64,000 nucleotides of DNA from Amphiscolops sp. MND2022. Taxonomy: Eukaryota. Under the pieces are notes generated by a model. The model was not told the origin of the DNA. It searched no databases and saw only the letters and a program-made list of their open reading frames with translations. The stretch is taken from NCBI GenBank assembly GCA_964187785.1, contig OZ076419.1:10788001-10852000 (forward strand). Direction: 5' to 3'. Shown piece after piece: positions 1-12,700 of the stretch (its first letter is position 1; the number at the start of each line of letters is the position of its first letter). The position numbers were made by a program, and so were the translations under genes.

Positions 1-34
1 TATATTTAACTGAACATCAATCACTGAATGGAAG

Positions 35-619
35 GTCTACAACACGGATCAAGCCGTTATCTACAATACCTATCAGTGCTACCTGAAAGAGGCCTTCAAC
101 TGGCTTTCTATTGACATGAGCTTCGCAGAACGTGAGGGCTTCTATTTCGGGGCAAAAATCGTGCGTGGGGCGTATCTTGGGTTCGAGCGGAAGCGAGCAG
201 CTGAAATAGGATATCTGGACCCGATAAACCCAAGTTACGAGGCGACCACCCGAATGTACGAACGAGTTGTGGGTGAATGTCTCAACGCCATCGCTGCCGA
301 TAGAAAAGTGTCCATAATGGTTGCATCTCACAACGAAGAGTCTGTTAATTTCACAACAGAACGAATGAACCAATTGGGAATTTTGCCAGAACAGAGGTTG
401 GTCTATTTTGGTCAGCTCTTGGGCATGTGTGACAGACTCACCTTCAGATTGGGTCATGCCGGGTACCCTGTTTACAAATATGTACCCTTCGGACCTGTCA
501 AAGAAGTTCTACCCTATCTATCGCGAAGAGCCCATGAGAACTCCTCAATGCTCGCTCATACAGACAAAGAAGTGAAACTGCTGAAAGATGAATTGAAAAC
601 CAGAATGTTTGGCCGATGA
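35..619 (+). CDS. PRODH: Proline dehydrogenase 1 (proline oxidase), final coding exon; gene begins upstream of the window
   Basis: Frame is open from ~35 after an AG at 33-34: VYNTDQAVIYNTYQCYLKEAF...FGAKIVRGAYL...MVASHNEESV...YFGQLLGMCD...YKYVPFGPVKEVLPYLSRRAHEN, the hallmark PRODH C-terminal motifs. Stop TGA at 617-619. Exon start is approximate. Confidence 0.93.
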   Translation, partial: VYNTDQAVIYNTYQCYLKEAFNWLSIDMSFAEREGFYFGAKIVRGAYLGFERKRAAEIGYLDPINPSYEATTRMYERVVGECLNAIAADRKVSIMVASHNEESVNFTTERMNQLGILPEQRLVYFGQLLGMCDRLTFRLGHAGYPVYKYVPFGPVKEVLPYLSRRAHENSSMLAHTDKEVKLLKDELKTRMFGR

Positions 620-2038
620 AAAGAAAAAGTGCGTTTCGAGGCAATGCCCTCATCGGAATGAGTTGTTGCTTAACACGGGTCACAAAACTTTGAGCTCATA
701 CGATGCTTGTAAGTTTTACTTCCACAATCTGACTTGTAAAATGTAAATAATCATCAACTAATTTCTTTCGAAATCGTCAGCTGGCTGATAAAATTCGAAT
801 GGGTATAATTCATCTGCGATGCTTTGCCATTTACACAAGAGGCCCTCTGAGAAATTGGCTAATTTCCGCCCTGAATTATTTTACTCGATACAATAATACT
901 AAACTTGCACAAAAAATTGATACTTTTGACACTTTTTGAGTTTTTTTCGGTTCATTTCAGGCTCTTTGAAAAACCTTTTTTCTTCAAGAAAATTTATAGT
1001 AAGTAGCTGATTGCTTTATCGTTCAACTCTGAATAGTCATGCCAACAAAAACGTTCAAAACATCACAAAATAGCATACAACGCGTACAAAAAGGTTGGGA
1101 ATTTGGGACGTACCCACAGTTTCTGGAGCTTTTTTTATTTAGCGCACTTTGTTTCGAAAAATTCAAATATCTCCTCGGATATATTTATGCTACTACAAAC
1201 CTATTTTTTTGTTGAATTCTGTAAAAGAACCTCTATCTTTTGGATATCAAATTGGAGCGTGACAAAATTTAGAATAATTCCATCTTTTATGAAACGTGGG
1301 CGGGAGAACACATTAACATATTTCAACATCTTCTGTCTTTGTTGTTTCGATTATTGTCAGATCTCACAATATAGGCCCGGATATTATTGCGCTATAATTT
1401 CGTTCAAATTCGATATGCGTTCAAATTTCGATCTGCGAAAACAGAAATTTCGATATATTTCTGTTAAATGTGCGTACGAAAGTACTTAATTTTTAACTAA
1501 AATTTATGCAATGAACAACAAACCAAAGACAACCCTAACTGGTGCCCCGCTTAAGGCTCAAAACGCAGTATTTGGAGAAAATCATAGTCTGAATAATCTT
1601 AAGAAAAGCCATGGTGCGAAAAGAATCTCGGAAATCTCGCCAGTACTACGTTTTTCAAAACAGTTTTCAGAAAAACTTCATTCAAGAACGAATTCTTTTT
1701 GAGAGATACGTTGAAAATTGGAAAAAATAAGCAATTGAATGAAAATTATGTAATGGTAAATGCAATAAAATCCGGGCCCTGTTCATAATTTCCTTGCTTT
1801 GGTATACGCTTAACAAATCGCTTCTGGAACTGCCGGTAATGGGATTAAATAATTGTGATAGATGTATATATTTTTTGTTAAAATTGAATTTTAATTCCTT
1901 ATTTTTCTCTGCCGACCGTAAAAGTTGACATGTTTTCTTTTGTATTATCTTTGTATTATTCTCATTTCATACCATTTTTTGTTTGGTTTGCTAAAATTGA
2001 CATTGAAAAATCGGAAAATAATTAAGATCCCGTAATTG

Positions 2039-2140
2039 CGGAAGTGAAGGTGGAAAGGATTGAGTAGCCAATCAGGATTGAAATTAGAGGTGCACCGAAC
2101 TGGGAATTTTCCGTCCTGCGGAACCACCAGACATGACTCA
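2039..2140 (+). promoter_or_regulatory. Possible promoter motif cluster (ETS-type CGGAAGTG, CCAAT box, TGACTCA)
   Basis: CGGAAGTG at 2039-2046, AGCCAATCAG around 2066-2075, TGACTCA at 2134-2140, all within 100 bp. These are short motifs and function is unproven. Confidence 0.3.
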
Positions 2141-2399
2141 TATGACAAGACTGTGGCAAAAACGACTGTTCCAGAAACAGTTCAGTTCAAGATCAACTGC
2201 AGCTAATTTCATAGAATAGATTGCGAGAAGCTACTTCATCTAGAAACAAAATCGTAATAGCCGAACCGTGAAGCAGAGTGTTGTGATTGCTGCTTCTCTT
2301 GATCTAGTTTTTATGACGAGTTCAACATTTTTCTAACCCTCAAAAAAGCCTTCGTACTTTTTTATAGCTCTTGCATCTATACTCGAGTGCCCAATATAA

Positions 2400-4145
2400 T
2401 TTGCCCAATTTATAAGAAAGACTGCAAGGGTATCTCGAAGCTAATGACATCATAGGCGCAGAGCAAGCAGATTTCAGAAGAGGCTTCGGCTGCGAGGACC
2501 ACACATTTTTGCTATCTAAAATAGTGTCTATCTACCTGAACCAGAAAAAAAGACTCTACGTCACTTTTATTGATTATGAAAAAGCATTTGACTTAGTTGA
2601 CAGACGTTTACTTTGGCGGCAAAAGCTTATGGTTTATAACATTAATGGAAAGATTTTGCGTGTTTTGAAAAATATCTACTCAAAAACACGAGCTTGTGTT
2701 AGGGTCAACGGAAAATGTTCTGATTTTTTTTATTGTCATGTGGGTGTCCGACAAGGAGATATTTTGTCACCCTTACTTTTTACTATTTTTATTAATGATT
2801 GTGAACCGTTTCTTAGAAACAACTGTAACGGCCTCACTATACTGAAAAAGTTTGTGGAAGAAAATCTTGGTGAACAACAAGCTGAAACTTTTTGGAATCT
2901 CTTCGTCCTTCTATATGCTGACGATACTATTTTACTAACTGAGAGTGAAGAAGATATGCAGAAAGTACTAGAGACTGTATCTGATTACTGTAGATCTTCG
3001 AATCTGAAAATCAATTGTGGTAAAACAAAATACATGATTTTTTCCCGTGGTAAAGTCCGCAATGCCAAGTCAATAAATATACACGGTCATGTCATTGAGC
3101 GCGTAGATAGTTTTTGTTACTTGGGTGTTGTTTTCAAGTACAACAACACTTTCCAACTGGCAATAAAGAATAATGTGGCCAAAGCTAAGAAAGCTCTTTT
3201 CAAAATCACATCTGAAACAGCGGGCCATAACCTATCCGTGGCATCTAAACTGCACTTGTTAGACTCGCTGATTATACCTATACTATTATACGGATGCGAA
3301 GTCTGAGGATACGAAAATATTGATCATCTGGAAATTTTATATCGGAATTTTCTCAAAAACCTGTTACAGGTTGGCAAGGGAACACCTAACCCGATGGTGT
3401 ATCGGGAACTGGGAAGAGTGGAAATCCGGTACCTAGTCTGGCATAGAATGATTGGATTCTGAAAAAGAATTACTTTGTCACAAACTAAGTATTCCAGTAT
3501 TATCTATAACTGTATCAAATCATGTGGAAAAACGTACTTATGGCTTGAGGACATACAGAAAATTCTAATAGCGTGTGGTATACCTGCAGTTTTTGAATGC
3601 CCAGCTGAGATATCAGAATCACACTTGATGAGATTTTTGAAAGCACAACTGAGGGACGCTGCTTTACAAACCTGGCGAACGTCCTTGAACGAAAACACTC
3701 TTTGTAAAACATACGTTTTATACAAATCCAATATTGGCATAGTAAAATACCTTTTCAACTTGAGACAACCTTACCGAAACGAATTAAGTAGGTTCCGATG
3801 TGCCTCTTTTGTGAACGCGCAGACAAGACAAAAAATTTTCGGAATAACTGAAACGCATTATTTACTTTGCAATGAGGAAGGGCTGGCGGACGAATATCAT
3901 TTACTTCTAGTCTGTAAGAGCCTAAAGTCAGAGCGGGAAAAATATTTAATGGAAGAGTTTCATAAGTACCCAAATCTTCTTAAAATAAATAGGTTGATGA
4001 ACTTGGGTTGCACCTCCAAACTATATAATTTATCTGAGTTTTGTAAACAAATTACCAACCACGTTCGCTGTAAAATGCAAACTTTGTAATTTGTAAGCCC
4101 GAGTTGGGCAACAAATACGAATTGAAATGTTCATTCATTCATTCA
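2400..4145 (+). mobile_element. 5'-truncated non-LTR retrotransposon (LINE; CR1/L2/RTE-X-like), RT plus C-terminal Cys/His domain, inactivated
   Basis: EQADFRRG...DHTF, FIDYEKAFD, GVRQGDILSPLLF, LLYADD, FCYLGV, LLYGCEV*G; C-terminal DEYHLLLVC motif. One frame from 2509 to 4089 with TGA stops at 3304 and 3460. 3' (ATTC)n tail at ~4128-4145. Confidence 0.9.
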
Positions 4146-4526
4146 GTGTAAAATCAAACATTCTTAGCCTTGAATTCAAATTTTGAGGATTTCTAGCATT
4201 GTTCTTTCGTGATATATGCGATCTTTTATATACGATATTTATCTGGTCGATACTGGACTAGAATTTGTTCGGTACACTTAGTTTTGCGAGTACAAATTTT
4301 TTCGGAGTTCTGGGAATTTACCATTTTTGAAGGCCTTTACAAAATGTGGTCACCCAAAGTTTTGCTCCAAGTTTCAGTTCGCCGATCTGACTATCCTTTT
4401 CCGACTATTTTCAGATTAATTCAACGATTATACTTGGATCTATCCAATGATGGAATGTGTAAATGTTATTCAATAACGCAATTGTCTGAGCTGCTACTTT
4501 CAAGTTGGAAAGAGGAAGTCCAGGAG

Positions 4527-4670
4527 ATGCCTGCGAAGCATAGCGCAGTGGCACTGCGTACTGAGTTCCCCCTGTACTCGATCCAGTGTTTCGGGGGCCA
4601 GCACATGGTAGTGGCCGGGGGAGGGGGTGCGGCCAAAACAGGGATCCCTAATGTTATCGAGACATTCGAG
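4527..4670 (+). CDS. PREB: PREB/SEC12 (Sar1 GEF, WD40) exon 1
   Basis: MPAKHS...FPLYSI...VAGGGGAAKTGIPN matches the Sec12/PREB K-loop motif GGGGxxKTGIxN. GT donor at 4671, phase 0. Confidence 0.9.
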
Positions 4671-4788
4671 GTACGGGTGTGCGGTGAATTGATTATACTG
4701 TTTTTAGAAGAACCGTTTTTGAAGAAAAAGACACGGCTATTACAGTGACTAGTTTTTGTTATAGAGCCTCACACTGATTTGTTATCTA

Positions 4789-5210
4789 CTGGGGTGTGGA
4801 ACCGTACGGGTTGAATTGAAATTACGGTTTACGGGTTATAGTCTACGGTTTACGGTTTCACGGTTTGAAAAACACTTTTGCTTCAGAAGTATTTAAATTT
4901 CTTCATCAAAAATCTTCTTTGTTATGGTGTTATCAAAGCACTCATGTTTCTTGACCCAAAATAGCATTTGAGGGAACGCCCTCTGCAAATTACAGCGTAA
5001 AAATAAAATATTTGGAACGAATTCGTTTTTTTAAAGGCGTTCTTATTTGAGAATGAACAATTGAATGTTAAACAACTGCTGTTAAATGTATAAAACAATT
5101 CGCTCGTATTTCTCAGAAGTGTACGGTTCGCGTTTCTCACAACTACTGTTTACGGGTTACGGTTTGGCACTACGGGTTTCGGTCCACGGTCTAAAAATCC
5201 CACACCCCAG
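4789..5210. mobile_element. hAT-type MITE (422 bp) in PREB intron 1
   Basis: 11-bp TIR CTGGGGTGTGG / CCACACCCCAG; exact 8-bp TSD GTTATCTA at 4781-4788 and 5211-5218; arrays of ACGGTT-like subterminal motifs at both ends. Confidence 0.88.
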
Positions 5211-6628
5211 GTTATCTACTCTTAGTAATAATTCTCCGTGAGTCCACACTTTTTCCAGACTTCCATCGTTACGTTTTGTCGCCAATTCTGGTAGCAGTGA
5301 GGCTGCGCTACTCCAATCGAGCGAAAGTATCGTTACATTCGTTCTCTCAACAGTTCAACTTTTAGCAGCGAGGGGCGCATGTTTATCAACACGAAGCGAG
5401 CGAATCTTTCCAATTAATCGTAATTAGCATTGTTTCGCCTGTTTGTTCAAATAATGATGCAAGAGATCATTACCGCTCACTCGTAGTACTTTTGTTTCAT
5501 TCAAGTAACAAAGCTTATAGACCAAGATTTCGATGTTTTCAGTCAAAAATATTAAATTTTCCCTTAAATCCCGAAAACTTAATGTAGAAATGATGGATAG
5601 TTTTTTGATATCAGTGAGCTACGTGCTGTTTATTTACTGCTACAAAAAGTGTTTTTCAATTTCGACTCCAGAAAGGAATCTCAAAATCGCGTTAACTGAT
5701 GTTAACCGTTTTCATATTAATTTTTGTTCGCAAAAAAGTGACTGGTAGATCTATGTCTCAGATTTCAGTGCAGATTTTCTAAAATCACTGTTGAGGAAAA
5801 GTTATTTTTAAAAAAATTTCGGTCGAATTTTTTCGCAAGGCGGCTCAATGGGGCTAGCGTAATGTGCTGCTCGTATGCGATTACTTTCAGCGACTAAGAC
5901 TTTTTAGGTGAGGGCGTCCAAATTTAGGTTCAAAAGTATTTCACTATTAGTGTAATCGCTTGCCTTGATGTTAAAGACGTCGATGTTAAAGCAGTGATGT
6001 TCATTTCATTTTTTGAAATTCGAATTTAAATTGGGTAAGGAAATGAAATTTTTTGAAGGTTACAGCACGTTTGATTGTTGAAAAATTCACTGAGATCGAT
6101 AGCTATTTTGGAAAGAGTAACGGTATTTCCGACCTACGAATTTACAACAATTTATTGTCACTTTCCGCTTTCATAAGTTGCGAAAAAGTATCTTTCTTCA
6201 GCATTCAAATTTAAATTAGTAATTTGAATTTCTCCAATTAAACGGAGCCTTTTTGAATCAATGGAAATTTAAATGATAATGGGACCGTTATTGGCACTAT
6301 GAGGAGGCTCTGCAGCTTGCAGCGTACTGACACCCAAACTCTTTTCACTGACACACCCTCCTTGTAATAAGGGTACAAAATCTCTCTTTACACCAAATCA
6401 CGGTTGCAGTACGCGCGGTCTTTTCAAGACTTGATATAAAAGAAAAAAATGATAATTTAGAATAATTTATATTCCAGTGTTTAAATGTTCATCAATGTAT
6501 TGAGGGACGTAAGGTCGTAAACTCGTTTTTTTGAAGTTACGTGCAGTTCAATCTTTGAGGTCGTCTCTCTGAAATTAAGTTTAAGTCATCTCACACCCTT
6601 GACCCTTTTGGGTCACTTACCCCTCAAG

Positions 6629-6814
6629 GTCACCCACATTGACCCCTATCGGTGCGAGTGCGAGGGCCTGAACCGCACCATCACTGATGACGTCATCCAC
6701 GACATGCGAGAGGCGGTGATGAATGGCAGCATCTGTACGTGGAAGATCAAAGACAGGGCGGCCTTCTTCGCGGCAGGCATGAACAACCGATGCGTCATTT
6801 TCGAAGTGTACAAA
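6629..6814 (+). CDS. PREB: PREB exon 2
   Basis: Acceptor cctcaAG at 6627-6628 and donor GTGAGT at 6815; 62 codons, phase 0-0; ...AVMNGS...FFAAGMNNRCVIFEV fits PREB blade sequence. Confidence 0.75.
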
Positions 6815-6873
6815 GTGAGTGAATCTGTCGTGTCAGTCAGGGGGCTTGATTGTCAAAGCTGAAAGAGAAAGTT

Positions 6874-8607
6874 TATTATTTTCCGCCCCACAAATTTATT
6901 TGTGAATGGGGGAGGAAAATCATAACATGTGTTGCGTTTTTCTACAAATTTTGTCAAATCCACTTTTTACTCCATTTTATATTTATTACTGCGTTTTATT
7001 AAGGAGGAGGCAGAGGTTCGAAAACAGAGGTTCGTCCCATTTGTCCCAGCACGCTATATCTGAAGTTTTGACGCTATATCCGAAGTTAATTGTGTTTTAC
7101 TACGGAGGAAGCGGAGGTTCAAAAATATAGCGCTGTATCAGAATTTTAACGTTATATCCGAAATAAATAGGGTTTTACCAAGAAGGAGGTAAATTTTCGA
7201 TTAAGTGTCTTTTGTAAGCCAATTGAAGGCGAAAAATATTCAGGTGCATAGCGGGCGTCTTGTTTATTTATGCATAGAAATATCCAAAGTATATACATAA
7301 ATAAAAATACTGAAACAGTTAAGCGTGTAAAAAGGACAGACAAAGTTTATACATCTCGTCGCCGAGTCTCTGCTCTGAAATCTTGGAAGAGATTTATAAG
7401 TGCAGAGAAGTTGAAAGTTGAGATGCGTCGCTATTTTCAAGGTTGTCAATCAGTGTTGACCGATTAAGAATTCCAAATGGCAAATATAATATTTCACGGG
7501 TGACTGTAATTAATGGGCCAACTTCTCTTGCTTATTGGTAACAAACTTGGTTTTGTCGCGCAGGGTCCTTTTGATGGAAAGGCAAAAAAGAGAAAACAGA
7601 AATGTAATGAGGGTGTGTGATATGAATTCATTCGATGCGGTAGTTTTTCAGCAAAAACGGCCTTCAAAAATTCAGGCAATCATTTCCAGAATCTAGACAT
7701 GGACGCAAAACGAAAATGCGAGTATGTGGGCTAAAATTGAAGTTGTAGAGTCAAATGTTGAAAGAATTGAAAGTGCAAGCTTTACAAAAGCTTCAAATAT
7801 TGCACAGTAAACTAAAAAATGCATTGCTTTTCCCGCAATGCACGTTTGTAACATTATCTACGTCTTCCAGAGGAGCCAACTCATCGCAATCGATTACCAT
7901 TGTCGGAGCCCAAATTCTCTTGGGCGCAACAGACAAATATCCACAACTTTGAAGGACTGTCTGCGCGTAACAGAAAACACGGACAAATGTTCTGACACTA
8001 GCAAATAATATCCTCAGAGAAGTCGTGACAAATTCAAAGTACTGAAACGACGCCACTTCAATGAATGAGGAAGCGCTAATTTGACCACTGGCTGATTTGC
8101 ATTCGGAACCAGTTGTTCAACTGTTGAAATGAGCGTTGTAGTAGTCGCTCTGAGTAAACCTACAATTTGCGGTTGTGGAACGTTAACCAATACTCCGGAT
8201 TGAAGATTACACTGGTAACGGAACAAATTATGGGAATCAGTAGCCTTGTCTGTTAACAGCGAACACTTCCTCCGTAAGAGGGAAGTTTTTGTCCAGAAGC
8301 AGCGGAATGAAGTTGAGCAAACGGAACAGTATACAATACAGTATCATTAGGAAGTACAGTAGTGCCGCTGGCTGTTTATCGGTCAGTCACAATTTGGCGT
8401 GCTTGTGCTAGAGTCAATGAGGTTTTAAGATAACCAGGCATCACAGACAACTGAAATTCGAAAGGTCAACACTAATACAGGAGGTGAACATAAGGTATAC
8501 ACTCCTTAAATGGAGTGGAGATAAAGTGGAGTTTTGGCCGAATTAGTTTAAAAAATGCATCACAGATTATGATTTTCCTCCCCCATTTATGTAGGGGAAA
8601 AATAATA
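6874..8607. mobile_element. Inverted-repeat-bounded segment with decayed, unassigned coding-like content
   Basis: AATGGGGGAGGAAAATCATAA (6905-6925) is the exact reverse complement of 8567-8587, with imperfect extension to ~50 bp. Each arm is itself hairpin-like. The interior has long stop-poor frames. No TSD seen. Confidence 0.4.
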
Positions 8608-8610
8608 GTA

Positions 8611-8687
8611 GGTCACTGTCAGTTACTTGTCAGTTTTTGAGTAAATGTTTTCTGTTTCTCTTCTTTTCTAATTACAGCCCCGCTACA
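8611..8687 (-). repeat. Gypsy 3' LTR remnant (~77 bp)
   Basis: Similar to 17250-17327; starts TGTAGC on the minus strand directly after the polypurine tract; homology is lost below ~8611. Confidence 0.7.
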
Positions 8688-9766
8688 TTCTTCCTTCTGT
8701 ATACTTTGCGAGCTTTCTGTAGTAGATACTGTAAACTGAAAAATGGTTGTGCTTCTAGATTTTATCAGACTATGCATTCAATTCTCATCGCTCGAAATCA
8801 CGATATTTTCTCTTTCTTGGAGACTTTCGACACCACATATCATCACTGGGTTGCCGTAGTATTCTGGGGCGTTCCCGTTTCTTTTGGGTTGTTCACTCGC
8901 TGAACTTCCCTGTTCTGTGTCACTTTCTGGCTCTGTTTTAGTTTTCCCCCAGTTAATAGTTGCTTGAATTGGTTGTTTGTTTTTGATTTGTCGCTTTTTC
9001 ACTTCGTGTTCATCTGATTCCAGCAGTTCTCCCCAGTTTGCCAATCTGTTGATTTCCTTTGGTATCCTCTGCTCCTTTTTCTTTGAATTCTGAACTTCTT
9101 CGTTTTTCTTTGGTTGTGCGCTGTTTGTTGGTTTGTCTCTGGTGTTGTGTTCTGATTGGCTGTTGTTGAGCCAATACCTTTTGTCCTTGCAATATCTCTT
9201 TTGCTGTTTTTCTGCGCCGCCTTGCCAGTTTCTTGCATTGTCACTGTATGTGACTTTTCTGTTATTCTCCCTTTCTTTCGCTTGTATGTGCTTTCTCGCT
9301 TTGATCCAAGTGCACGCTCCCTCACTTTGATTTCAGAATTTTGATCTCTCGGGAAATTGCTTATTTCGAGTTCGAAGTTGCTGTCGATTTGTGAAACATT
9401 GTAGTTGTTTGTAGTTGGTTCTGTAGTCAATATATCTTTTACAGTAGTTAGTTTTCTCCCCAGGTGTAGCTCTGCTGGAGAATTTGTGTTACTTTTCGGA
9501 GCGTTTCGTAGCGCATATGATATTTCGGACAATCCCTCTTTGTGCTTATCTGATACCACCCTTTTGTTAGTTCTCAGCCTATCATTTACCGTTTTTATTT
9601 GTCTTTCGACCTTGCCCTGACCTCGGTTGGACATTTAATATGTTGTATAAAATATTTTTGACAAAATTGGGTGAATTTATCTTTAGCACTGTTCCGGGTC
9701 AGTACGAATTTTCTAGGGATACCGTCATCTGCTATGTATCTTTCTGAAAATTCCACCACTTTATTT

Positions 9767-12700
9767 GTAGTGGGGGCTCTCATGAATTTCGCGTCCGGCC
9801 AGCCTGTTTTGCGATTTTTTGATACAACTAGGTTTTTCTTTGGTTTACGTGCTATCTTGAAAACCCTGCAAAGTCTATGCCAATTTCTTCATTGACTGGT
9901 TCCGGCACTGGTATGTTACGGGTTTATTTTTGTTTTACCAATGGCTTTAGCGGCTTACCTGCATTCTGGCATTCTTGGCATGTCTTTGTAAGTAATGTAT
10001 TTTCTCCGTGTATTCGAGCCACCAAATGTCAATTTTTTCCCTTAGCATTTGATCTCTATCTGGGTGTCCCCAGTGTAGTGATTTTCAATTAGCGTTTGTA
10101 ATATTTTTGGTATTAGTCGGTCGTCCATATAGAGTAGGTCATTTTCATCACTTGAATCTTTTTTTCCAAGGGCTGTCTAATGCTCTGATTTTTGCTTTTG
10201 ATAAATTTTTTACGATTGCAATCGAATTTTGTAAGTTTTCGTCATCTCGGTATTTTGCGAATATCATGTTTTCTCCGATTTTGTTAGCGAGTTCTAATTT
10301 CGGAACTAGTTTCTTTGAAGTTTTATTACCTGTTAATAGGTTAGTTGAATTGCTGTCCCATTTTGACTAGGCAGTTTGTTTGCGTCCGTTCACGTGAATT
10401 GAATGCTTGTACGCTTTTGCTTCGTTGGTCGTCACGTCTCAATTTCTTTCATTGTCAGCCTGATTGGTCCGTTGAATTCTTCCGCTAAAATGCTATTTAC
10501 GTTTTTTACATGGTTCTCATTGAACCAGTTTTTCCACTGTTCTGTTGCTTTCACTCTTTCTCCTACTAGTTGTAAAGGATGTCTCGACAAGTATGCAATA
10601 CCATTTGTCCTTGCGGGGGCGTGAGTAAGTCTGCTCGAGTAGGTCTTGTTTTTATTTCCCATTAGTACAGTGACCAGTGCTTTATGATCGGACACCACTT
10701 GGAATTTTATTCTACAGGGGTAGTTTTTGAAACGTTTTACGGCTCAATTTACCGCGAGTAGTTCCAATTCATTTATTGAATATTTATCTTCGAGTGGCGT
10801 TAGAAATCTAGATTCGAAATGGATTGGTCGCCAACCAATTTCGTCCTGTTGCTGTAAAAGTGCTCCTAGACCTGCTTTTCTGGCATCACAAATTAAGCGT
10901 ATTTTACCACTTTTCTTGAAATGTCCGACTTCCGCTACTTTTTGGACTTGTATATTTCTTTGAACGCCTTGTCATGACTTTCATCTCAACTCCAAGGTTT
11001 ATCCTTTTTTTAGTAACGTCCTTAGTTCAAAACATAATAGGGCGAGGTATGGTATGAACCTGTTCTTTTGAATAACCGCCACCAAATATGACCGCAGTTT
11101 TTAAATTTTGGTTATAGTTTATCAGTTATCGCCTGTATCTTGGAATATGTTGGACTAATTCCTGTTTGGGATGATTTGTACCCAAGCCATTCGATTTCGC
11201 TTTGCGCAAATTTACATTTTTCCTGTTTTAGTCTAATGTTCGCTTTATTTAATTTTACAATTACTTGTTTTTCAACGCTGTAATGGTTGTCCTTCGTTCG
11301 TTTTATTACCGTGAGTATGTCTTTTAAAAACACGTACGAATTTGGGAGGTTGGATAGTTCTGTATCCATTGCCTTTTGAAATTCTGTGGGCATTACGGTC
11401 AATCCGTAAAATCCCTTTATAAATCGATACGTCCCTGTTGCCTTCCCTCCAATTATCTGGAAGTTAATGTTTTGCAGTTTCTTCATTGGTACTTGGCCAT
11501 ATGCGTATCACGTATCTATGGAAGTGTACCAAGCTTTTCCCTCATTTTGCTTGTCTAATTGTTCGGCAAGCTCATCGACTAGATGCTCTAAATTTGGCAT
11601 CTGATATTTATCTTTGACGAGGTCAATATTTAGTGCGCGTGCCTCGAGTGTTACACGTTCTATATACCCTTCTTTTAATAATCGCTCTATTTCTTCTTGA
11701 ACTGCTTCTTGCAGTTGTAAAGGTTTCCGTCTTTCTGATAGGTTTAAATTCAATTTTTACCTCGTGGCCAATTGATTGTCCTTGTCTAGTAAACAGCTCA
11801 TTAAATTGTTCTTTCAATTTAATTTGTTCATTTGTATCGTTTTGAATGTCGCTTTTACTTTCTTTCACCACTTGGTTTATCTGGTTGCTTAGATTTCGCG
11901 TTAATTTCGTAACTAGTTCGAAAACCTTCTTTCTGATTGGGTGATACAATTTTGTAATTGAACGCATTCAGCCAGTCTCGTCCAATCAGTGACTTTGCGC
12001 CTTTCTCTGCAATCAAAATCCTGACTTTGTGAAATTTGCTTTGCCTACTTCCAGATGACAAAAGAAGTATCTCAATAAATTCAACTTCCTTTTGTTGAAA
12101 TCCACATACTCCTCATCTTTCGGCAATTCACGAATAAATATATCTCTGCGTTTCGTTATTTCCTTGATGTCGTCGATCTCAAAAATAGTTACCGTTGAGC
12201 TCGAGTCCACCATCGCCTTGAACTGAATTCCATTTATTTTGCCTTTCATCGTGAAATGTCCATTCTCATCGCCTTCAATAGTTAGTACTATATTGTCTTC
12301 GTCAACCACCGATCCATCTCCATTACTGCTCTCTCTCTCTCTCCATTCGCCATTTCTTTGTATTCTCTGCGGTGGTTTTGCTACTTTACGGTTCCTGCCA
12401 AAGTTACCTGCTCCTTTTGTCTGGCAACATTTTGCAAAGTGTCCCTTTTGCCATATTTTATGCACGTCACGCCATTTGCTTTGCAGTCTTTCAAGTGTTG
12501 TGAGGTAAATATCCCTTCACATCGGAAACAATTCTTGTTAGGGCCCCACTTTTTTTGTACTCTGAATAATATTATTTACTTTAGTGGCTTCGGTTTTAAT
12601 GTTCGGCTTCTCAAGTTTTCAGAATGACTGCTGTTGAATTGTTCCTTCTTCGTACTCAATTGCTAAATGTATTGTTTCATTCACTGTGATTTTCGGCTCT

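Noticed and set aside
3304-3462. Both LINE stops are TGA at conserved Trp positions, suggesting UGA=Trp recoding
   Set aside because: TGG is used for other Trp codons in the same frame, PRODH ends in TGA, and TGG to TGA is a common route to nonsense codons in dead copies.
4209-4526. N-terminal extension of PREB in ORF 4209-4748
   Set aside because: Begins at a non-ATG codon, is AT-rich and shows no PREB similarity; ATG 4527 gives the expected N-terminus.
7500-8480. Firm call of a viral capsid gene
   Set aside because: Only composition and a weak motif impression; even the coding strand is uncertain. Kept as a low-confidence finding.
8400-8610. Remainder of the Gypsy 3' LTR and a TSD
   Set aside because: No convincing similarity to 17031-17250 and no duplicated target site found.
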